DNA of 32,000 nt from Candidatus Saccharimonadota bacterium (GTDB lineage: Bacteria; Bacteroidota; Bacteroidia; Flavobacteriales; Blattabacteriaceae), in NCBI RefSeq assembly GCF_014252415.1, contig NZ_CP059223.1, forward strand, positions 30,001-62,000. The letters are read 5' to 3'. A program made the position numbers and the translations under genes. This document shows positions 18,845 to 26,114 of the stretch, piece by piece. The notes under the pieces are model-generated. The model ran no database searches, was not told the origin of the DNA, and worked only from the letters and a program-made list of their open reading frames with translations. How positions within the stretch are numbered: the first letter of the stretch is position 1; each line of letters opens with the position of its first letter.

Positions 18845-20260
18845 ATGATTATGTTAAATGATAATCTATATCTTATAAAAAAATATGAACCAAAAAAATG
18901 GAATAATGTTATTGGACAAAATGAAATAATATCTTCTTTATTAAAGAATATTGAAAATAAAAATTTATCTAAATTTTTATTCTTTTTTGGAAAAGAAGGA
19001 GTAGGAAAAAATACTTGTGCAAATATTTTAGCAAAAAGTATAAATCAATTATTTTCAAATGAAGAAAATATAAATAATTTATATAAATTATACAATTTTT
19101 TAAGAAATCCTATTTATATAAAAATATTTCCAGAAAAATTATTTATAAAAAAAAATAATAAACCAAATATCTTTATTTTTAATAATAAAAATATAATATA
19201 TCCATATGATATTTATAAATTAATGAAAATTCCTAATAGTTTATTTATTTTTTTTAATAAAAAAAAAATTTTTGAATATACAATAAATAACTATCAATCT
19301 TTTACATTTAAAAATATACCAAAAAAAAATATACTTTCTCATATAGAAATGATTGTTAACAAAGAAAAAATAAAAATAGAAAAAAATGCTTTAAATACTA
19401 TTTCTAAATATGCAGACGGTTCTATTGGAAAAGCAATTATTACACTAAATAAATTTTATATTCGTTATAATAATAATATAATAACTAATGATTTAATCAT
19501 AAAAAATTTAGGGATTATTGAATCAAAAAATTTTTTTATAATAGTAGATTATTTATTAAACGAAAATATACATAAGACGTTATCTTTTATTAAAAAAAAA
19601 TTTCTTAATAATGAAAAACAAAATTATTATTTCATAATAGGATTAAAAAAACATTTTAGGAATCTTTTTTTATCAAAAAATTTTGATCAAAAATCATCAA
19701 ACTTAGTAAAAAAAAAAGAAGTATTAGAATTTTATATAAAACAATCAAAAAATATATCGTATTATCTGTTAAATAAATCATTACAAATTTGTTCCGATTT
19801 AGAAAAAAAATATTTTTTATATAAAAAAAAAGAATTTTATACAAATATAGAATCGTTAATAGAAATAAGTATTATTCAATTATCATATCATTTTCATAAT
19901 AGAAATAAAAAATTAAATAATAAAAAAATAATTTTTTTTATAGACTTATGGAACGAATTTATTAATCAAATACCTAAAAATTTATTATCTATAGATTTAA
20001 TGAATACTTTAATTAACGATACTAAATTTAAAATGATAAATCACAAAAAATTATCAATAATTATTTCATCATATAAAATAGAAAATAGTAAATTAAGTTT
20101 AATTCATAAAAATTTTTTAAAATTTTATAAAAATAGAATCAATAATTTATTTTTTGATTACGAAATTAAAATTGAAAATAAAAAAAATTATGATGATTTT
20201 AATCAAAAAAATAAATTTTTAAAATTATTTATAAAACGAGTTATTTTAAATAATTCTTAG
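18845..20260 (+). CDS. dnaX: DNA polymerase III gamma/tau (DnaX)-like clamp-loader subunit with degenerate ATPase motifs
   Basis: 'KYEPKKWNNVIGQ' aligns with 'KYRPxxFxxVVGQ'. 'GKEGVGKNTCANILAK' aligns with 'GPRGVGKTTxARILAK'. 'YADGSIGKAI' aligns with 'AxGSxRDAL'. The overall order of AAA+ clamp-loader blocks is preserved. Confidence 0.7.
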   Translation: MIMLNDNLYLIKKYEPKKWNNVIGQNEIISSLLKNIENKNLSKFLFFFGKEGVGKNTCANILAKSINQLFSNEENINNLYKLYNFLRNPIYIKIFPEKLFIKKNNKPNIFIFNNKNIIYPYDIYKLMKIPNSLFIFFNKKKIFEYTINNYQSFTFKNIPKKNILSHIEMIVNKEKIKIEKNALNTISKYADGSIGKAIITLNKFYIRYNNNIITNDLIIKNLGIIESKNFFIIVDYLLNENIHKTLSFIKKKFLNNEKQNYYFIIGLKKHFRNLFLSKNFDQKSSNLVKKKEVLEFYIKQSKNISYYLLNKSLQICSDLEKKYFLYKKKEFYTNIESLIEISIIQLSYHFHNRNKKLNNKKIIFFIDLWNEFINQIPKNLLSIDLMNTLINDTKFKMINHKKLSIIISSYKIENSKLSLIHKNFLKFYKNRINNLFFDYEIKIENKKNYDDFNQKNKFLKLFIKRVILNNS

Positions 20261-20311
20261 ATTTGAATTTTAAAATTAATTATTAAAATTTTTTTATAGA
20301 ATATAAAATTT

Positions 20312-22411
20312 ATGATTCATTATTTGAAAATGATTTACTCCCCTATTTATTCAGATGAAAATATTGATGATACTAAATCTAGTTTTACTTATAATATGAA
20401 AAGGAATAAATCTAATTTAGAATTTAAAAATTCTTCATCATCATTAAGTAGTACACCTGTATTAGATCTTTTTGGAAAAGACTTAAATAAAATGGCAATG
20501 AAAGGTAAAATTGATCCATTAATAGGAAGAAATGATGAATTAGAAAGAATATCTCAAATTTTGAGTAGAAGAACAAAAAATAATCCTTTACTGATAGGAG
20601 AACCTGGAGTTGGAAAAACAGCTATTGCTGAAGGATTAGCGATGAGAATAGTAAAAAAAAAAATTTCTAGAATTTTATATAATAAAAGGATAATTATATT
20701 GGATATTACAAGTATAATAGCCGGGACTAAGTATAGAGGAGAATTTGAAAAAAGAATAAAATCTATTATTAATGAATCAGAAAAAAATCCTGAATTAATA
20801 CTTTTTATAGATGAAATACATACTATTATAGGTGCAGGGGGTACTCCATCCGGATCATTAGATGCATCTAATATATTTAAACCAGCTTTAGCTAGAGGAA
20901 ATATTCAGTGTATAGGAGCAACAACGTTAAATGAATATAAAAAATATATAGAAAAAGATGGAGCGTTAGAAAGAAGATTTCAAAAAATAATTATTGAACA
21001 ATCTTCAGAAAAAGAAACAATTGATATATTAAAGAATATTAAATATAAATATGAAAATTATCATAATGTTGTTTATACAAAAGAAGCAATAAACGCTTGT
21101 GTTAAATTAACGTCTAAATATATATTGGATAGATTTTTTCCTGATAAAGCTATTGATGTTTTGGATGAATCAGGATCCAGAGTTTATATAAAAAATATAA
21201 AAGTTCCAAAAGAAATAATAGTTTTAGAAAAAAAATTAGATAAAATTAGAAAACAAAAATCTGAAGTTATTAAAAATCAAAAATACGAGGAAGCTGCTGA
21301 ATTTCGTGATACAGAAAAATTTATAGAAAAAAAATTAATAGAAGCTCAAAAAAACTGGGAAAAATTTTCTAAAGAAAATAAAGAAATTGTTTATAAAAAA
21401 CATGTGGAAGAGGTTATTTCTATGATGAGTGGAATCCCAATTAATAAAATAGATAAAATTGGGATAGAAAGATTAGATACAATAATTAATTCTATTAAAA
21501 ATAAAGTAATTGGACAAGATCAAATAATAGAGAAACTTTTAAAAGTTATTAAAAGTAATATAATAGGAATGAGAAATTTCGACTCACCAATAGGATCATT
21601 TATTTTTTTAGGAAAAATGGGGGTTGGAAAAACTTATTTAACAAAAGTATTATCTAAGGAATTATTCAATTCAGAAAATTCTTTAGTACGTATAGATATG
21701 AGTGAATACATAGAAAGATTTTCTATATCAAGGTTGATAGGATCTCCACCTGGATATATTGGTTATGAAGAAGGAGGACAATTAACCGAAATAATTAGAA
21801 ATAAACCGTATTCTATAATATTTTTTGATAAAATAGAAAAAGCACATCCTGATATTTTTCATTTATTATTACAAATATTAGATTATGGATTTATAACAGA
21901 TAGTTTAGGAAAAAAAATTAATTTTACAAATACTATTATTATATTTAATTCAAATATTGGAACAAAAAATTTAATAAAATTAGATAGAAAAATAGGATAT
22001 AAGGTAGGATCAAACAAATATGATAGTAAAAATAATATAAATTCTTTAAAAGAATCATTAAAAAAAATATTTTCATATGAATTTTTAAATAAAATAGATG
22101 ATATTATTATATTTAATTCATTGAATTCTAATGATATATCTAAAATAATTAATTTAGAATTAAATAAATTGATATTATATATTAATAATTTAGGTTATAA
22201 ACTAATCTTAGATCCTAAGATTAATAATTTTATAAAAAAAATAAATTTAAAAAAAAATTATGAAGTTAAATCTATAAAAAAATCAATAAAAAATCATATA
22301 ATAAATAATATATTTGAATCTATTATTAATGATAATATAAAAAAAGGATATAAAATACTATTAAAAATGAATTCTAAAGAAAATAAAATAAAAATTTATA
22401 CAGAAAAATAA
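20312..22411 (+). CDS. clpC: ClpC-type AAA+ chaperone/unfoldase (two AAA modules plus a UVR motif) lacking the Clp_N domain
   Basis: D1 motifs are 'LIGEPGVGKTAIAEGLA', 'ILFIDEIHTIIGAG' and 'GALERRFQ'. The UVR-like motif is 'KYEEAAEFRDTEK'. D2 motifs are 'FLGKMGVGKTYL' and 'PPGYIGYEEGGQLTE'. The length is 699 aa against about 850 aa for family members as I recall them. Confidence 0.85.
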   Translation: MIHYLKMIYSPIYSDENIDDTKSSFTYNMKRNKSNLEFKNSSSSLSSTPVLDLFGKDLNKMAMKGKIDPLIGRNDELERISQILSRRTKNNPLLIGEPGVGKTAIAEGLAMRIVKKKISRILYNKRIIILDITSIIAGTKYRGEFEKRIKSIINESEKNPELILFIDEIHTIIGAGGTPSGSLDASNIFKPALARGNIQCIGATTLNEYKKYIEKDGALERRFQKIIIEQSSEKETIDILKNIKYKYENYHNVVYTKEAINACVKLTSKYILDRFFPDKAIDVLDESGSRVYIKNIKVPKEIIVLEKKLDKIRKQKSEVIKNQKYEEAAEFRDTEKFIEKKLIEAQKNWEKFSKENKEIVYKKHVEEVISMMSGIPINKIDKIGIERLDTIINSIKNKVIGQDQIIEKLLKVIKSNIIGMRNFDSPIGSFIFLGKMGVGKTYLTKVLSKELFNSENSLVRIDMSEYIERFSISRLIGSPPGYIGYEEGGQLTEIIRNKPYSIIFFDKIEKAHPDIFHLLLQILDYGFITDSLGKKINFTNTIIIFNSNIGTKNLIKLDRKIGYKVGSNKYDSKNNINSLKESLKKIFSYEFLNKIDDIIIFNSLNSNDISKIINLELNKLILYINNLGYKLILDPKINNFIKKINLKKNYEVKSIKKSIKNHIINNIFESIINDNIKKGYKILLKMNSKENKIKIYTEK

Positions 22412-23055
22412 ATGAATAATAATTTTTTTTTAAAAAAAAAATTTCAATAATTGAAAGAATACTAGATTTTTTATATCCTAATCCTATAAATAATTTATAT
22501 TTTATTAATCAATATACATTATTGATATCTATAATTCTTACTACAAGAAGTAGAGAAGAAAAAGTTAATCTTGTTACAAAAAAAATTTTTAAACAAATAA
22601 GATCTCCTCATGATATTATTAAATTAGGAATAAATAAGATAAAACAATTAATAAAAAAATTAGGACTTCATAACAAAAAATCTGAAAATATTTACAATTT
22701 ATCTAAAATTTTAATAAAAAAATATAATGGATCTATTCCAAAAAATATAATAGAATTAGAAAAACTACCAGGGGTAGGACATAAAACAGCTTCATTATTT
22801 TTATCTAATATATCTAAAAAATATTTTTTTCCTATAGATACACATATACATAGATTAATTTATAAATGGAAATTAAGTAGTGGAAAAAGTGTAAAAAAAA
22901 CGGAAGTTGATGTAAAACGTTTATTTAAAAAATATAAATGGAAAAAACTCCATTTACAAATTATTTCTTATGGAAAAGAATTTTCTCCATCTTATACATG
23001 GAAATTAAGAAAAGATATAATTTATCAAGAATTATTATATAATAATTGTTTATAA
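22412..23055 (+). CDS. nth: Endonuclease III (HhH-GPD glycosylase/lyase) interrupted by a frameshift in a T9A10 homopolymer; the ORF track shows only the 3' part from TTG 22522
   Basis: HhH-GPD motifs are 'LEKLPGVGHKTASLFL' (catalytic Lys) and 'FPIDTHIHRL' (catalytic Asp). Conserved N-terminal residues 'ISIIERILDFLYPNP...YTLLISIILTTRS' are encoded upstream of 22522 in the same frame with no ATG. The only ATG (22412) is in another frame and is joined through the homopolymer at 22423-22441. Confidence 0.8.
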
Positions 23056-23067
23056 AATTAAAAAAAA

Positions 23068-23421
23068 CTAAAAAGGAAGATCATCAAAATCGTCAGAAGA
23101 TAAAGAAGACTGTGATGAAACTTCTTTTTTGTTGTTAGATATATTATTACTAATTAAATCTATTTTCCATCCTTGAATAGAATTAAAATATTTTGTTACT
23201 CCATTAGGAGTTTTCCATTCTCTACCTCTAATATTAAAATAAACTTTTACTTTATCATTTAATTTTATTAAATCTAATAGTCCAACTTTATCTTGAATAA
23301 ATTCAATTAATATATTTTGAGGATAAGGTTCTTCAGTGGTTATAACAAGTTCTCTTTTTTTAAATCCACTTTCAAATTTTTGAATTTGAAATATTTCTTT
23401 TACTTTTCCTATTATTTCCAT
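23068..23421 (-). CDS. DUF3127-type OB-fold protein with an SSB-like acidic C-terminal tip
   Basis: The N-terminal roughly 95 aa ('MEIIGKVKEIFQIQKFESGFKKRELVITTEEPYPQNILIEF...FNIRGREWKTPNGVTKYFNSIQGWKI') match my recollection of the Bacteroidetes DUF3127 pattern. A Ser-rich linker is followed by the terminal 'DDFDDLPF'. Confidence 0.65.
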   Translation of the reverse strand: MEIIGKVKEIFQIQKFESGFKKRELVITTEEPYPQNILIEFIQDKVGLLDLIKLNDKVKVYFNIRGREWKTPNGVTKYFNSIQGWKIDLISNNISNNKKEVSSQSSLSSDDFDDLPF

Positions 23422-23428
23422 AATTGTA

Positions 23429-24376
23429 TTATTTCTTGTTTTTTATATTTTTATTATTTTTTTCATTATCTTTTCTATAATTAATTTGATTAGATACACT
23501 AAATGAAGTGATCATATTATTTAACATTTCATTTGCAGATCCAGGATTATTAGGTAATAAAACTAAATTAGTATTACTTTCTTTTCCTATAGATTGAATA
23601 GTATCATAATGTTGAGTTACCACAATTAAAGCTGATGCTTCATGTGAATTAATCCCCATTTTATTTAAAATTTCTATAGATTCTAAAATTCCTCTAGATA
23701 TTTCTCTTCTTTGATCTGCAGTACCTTTCCCCTGTAATTTTTTACTTTCTGCTTCTGCTTTTGCTTTTGCTACTATTTTTATTCTTTCTGATTCAGCTTT
23801 ATATTCAGCAGCAACTTTTTCTCTTTCAGCTGTATTAATTCTATTCATTGCTAATTTTACTTGTTCATCTGGATCAAGATCAGTAACTAATGTTTTAATA
23901 ATAGAATAACCATATTCTAACATAGATTCATCTAATTCATTTTTTACAGCAATAGCTATATCATCTTTTCTTTCAAAAACATCATCTAATTTCATTTTAG
24001 GTACTTCTGCACGAACTACATCAAATATATAAGAAGTAATTTGAGAATGAGAATTATCAAGTTTATAAAATGCTTCATATACTTTATCTCTAATTACTCT
24101 ATATTGAACGGATATTTTTACTTTTACAAAAACATTATCTTTTGTTTTTGTATCAATTAACACATCTAATTGTTGAATTTTTAACGACAATTTTCCTATC
24201 ACACGATCTGCATAAGGAATTTTTAAATTTAATCCAGCATGACGTATGCTATGAAATTTTCCCATTCTTTCAATAATAAAAGCAGTTTCCTGATTTACTA
24301 CAAACATAAAACTAGAAAGTATAGAAAAAAATGTGACAATTAATATTCCATAAAAAAATAAATCAAAAATATTCAT
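23429..24376 (-). CDS. SPFH/Band-7 (stomatin-like) membrane protein
   Basis: An N-terminal TM helix is followed by an SPFH core ('ERMGKFHSIRHAGLNLKIPYADRV', 'YAIRDKV'-type region) and a C-terminal Ala/Glu/Lys coiled-coil ('EREKVAAEYKAESERIKIVAKAKAEAES'). Confidence 0.8.
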   Translation of the reverse strand: MNIFDLFFYGILIVTFFSILSSFMFVVNQETAFIIERMGKFHSIRHAGLNLKIPYADRVIGKLSLKIQQLDVLIDTKTKDNVFVKVKISVQYRVIRDKVYEAFYKLDNSHSQITSYIFDVVRAEVPKMKLDDVFERKDDIAIAVKNELDESMLEYGYSIIKTLVTDLDPDEQVKLAMNRINTAEREKVAAEYKAESERIKIVAKAKAEAESKKLQGKGTADQRREISRGILESIEILNKMGINSHEASALIVVTQHYDTIQSIGKESNTNLVLLPNNPGSANEMLNNMITSFSVSNQINYRKDNEKNNKNIKNKK

Positions 24377-24404
24377 AAAATTTAAAATATTATTAAATTA
24401 TTAA

Positions 24405-24725
24405 TTATAATAAACCTAATTCTAATCGAGCTTCTTCACTCATAAATTCTTTACACCAAGGAGGATCAAAAGTTAATATTATTTTAACTTTTTTTACATC
24501 TTTTATAGATTTTATTTTATTTTCTATTTCTTTGGGTAAAGAATCTATAATAGGACAATTTGGACTGGTAAGAGTCATTATTATTTTTATTTCATTTTCA
24601 TGAGAAATTTGAATATCATATATTAAACCTAATTCATAAATATCTACAGGTATCTCTGGATCATATATATTTTTTAATATAGATATGATACTATTTTTTA
24701 ATTTGTTATGTTTTTTTCTATACAT
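24405..24725 (-). CDS. DUF59 (MIP18/SufT-like) Fe-S cluster assembly protein
   Basis: 'IYDPEIPVDIYELGLIYDI' and 'TLTSPNCP' are the DUF59 signatures. The length is 106 aa. The start overlaps the end of the upstream M16 gene by 8 nt. Confidence 0.8.
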   Translation of the reverse strand: MYRKKHNKLKNSIISILKNIYDPEIPVDIYELGLIYDIQISHENEIKIIMTLTSPNCPIIDSLPKEIENKIKSIKDVKKVKIILTFDPPWCKEFMSEEARLELGLL

Positions 24726-26088
24726 TTTTTTTTAAAAAATTTCCATTTATATCTAAATAATGAACAGGATAACCTAAATCTTTTATAGAAGAAAATATTT
24801 CTTTGGAATTACCTATAATTAAAATACTTCCTACATCAATAGGAAAAAATTCTTTACAAGTATTACTAATATCATCTATTGTAACTGATTTAATTTTTTT
24901 TATAAAATTTCTATAAAATCCATATGGAAGTTTATTTTTTTTTTCACAAACAAAAAGATCACTAATTTTAGTAGAATCTTCTAAATCTAATAAAAATTGA
25001 CCGATAATTTCTTGTTTTTTAACATTTAGTTCTTCCAAAGATATTTTTTTTGATACAAAATCTGATATTTCATTAATTATATTTTTAATTGCTTCTTTTG
25101 TTACTTCATTTCTTACTTGAGTATAAATAGAAAAATATCCAATATTTCTATCTGCTTCTAATACAGAACAAATACCATATGTATAAGCATTTTTTTCTCT
25201 TAAATTTAAGAATAAACGACTATAAGGTCCATCTCCTAATATACTATTTGCTATGATAGATGAAATATATAATGGATCATTTTTTCTTAAAAAAACTGTT
25301 TTTCCAAAACAAATACTAGATTGAGTTAAAAAAGGCATATCTACTATATATATATCCATTTTATCAAATGAAGGTGTAGGTATTTCTTTATATTTGTCTA
25401 CATAAGGTTTTTTTTTCCATTTAGATAAATAATTTTTACATAAATATTTTACTTCTTTTTTAGAAATATCTCCTACAAAAGAAATATAAAATCTATTTGG
25501 TATATAATATTTTTTATACAATTTTTTTAGATCATAAAGAGTTATATTATTAATACTATCAATAGTTTCACATTCTCCATATGGATGATTTTTACCAAAA
25601 TATATTAGATTTTTAACTCTTTTTAATACAAAATTAGGATTCTTTTCGTTCATATTAATATTTATTTTTGTTTGTTTTATAACTTTTTCTAATTCCGAAT
25701 TGTTAGAAAATTTACAATTTATTAATATGTCAACTAAAATAGATATTGATTTATTCAAATACTTTTTTAGAGTAGAAATTGTTATTTCAGAAAAAGATGT
25801 ATCAAGATTTATTCCCATATAATCTATTACAGATTCTAATTCTTCTTTTGTATAATTTTTTGTTCCTGCTCTCAACATTTTACCAAAAACCTTTTGCATA
25901 CCTGATTTATCTTTTTCTAAAAATGGAGCAGAATCTATTTCCAATATAATTTTTACTAGTGGCAGTTTATGATTTTCTACTAAAAAAACTTGTAATCCAT
26001 TTTTTAGATGGAAATAAATAGGTTCCTGTATATTTATATTAATATTCTTATTTAATAATTTAGGAGGAATAAATTGATCTTGTTTCAT
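24718..26088 (-). CDS. M16 (pitrilysin/insulinase) family protein, non-catalytic subunit type (no HxxEH)
   Basis: The length and layout fit an M16 fold ('LKNGLQVFLVENHKLPLV' start). The position of the zinc motif reads 'GMQKVFGKMLRAGT' instead of 'G.AH..EH..F.GT'. It is adjacent to a catalytic-type M16 paralogue. Confidence 0.75.
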   Translation of the reverse strand: MKQDQFIPPKLLNKNININIQEPIYFHLKNGLQVFLVENHKLPLVKIILEIDSAPFLEKDKSGMQKVFGKMLRAGTKNYTKEELESVIDYMGINLDTSFSEITISTLKKYLNKSISILVDILINCKFSNNSELEKVIKQTKININMNEKNPNFVLKRVKNLIYFGKNHPYGECETIDSINNITLYDLKKLYKKYYIPNRFYISFVGDISKKEVKYLCKNYLSKWKKKPYVDKYKEIPTPSFDKMDIYIVDMPFLTQSSICFGKTVFLRKNDPLYISSIIANSILGDGPYSRLFLNLREKNAYTYGICSVLEADRNIGYFSIYTQVRNEVTKEAIKNIINEISDFVSKKISLEELNVKKQEIIGQFLLDLEDSTKISDLFVCEKKNKLPYGFYRNFIKKIKSVTIDDISNTCKEFFPIDVGSILIIGNSKEIFSSIKDLGYPVHYLDINGNFLKKNV

Positions 26089-26114
26089 CGTTAGTTTTTA
26101 ATAAAATTAAAAAT

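Noticed and set aside
17675-20260. sucC is followed by dnaX rather than sucD, and sucAB has no adjacent lpd, which could indicate missing subunits.
   Set aside because: Separation of sucC from sucD and of lpd from sucAB is common in Bacteroidota, and the partners may be elsewhere in the genome. This cannot be assessed from the window.
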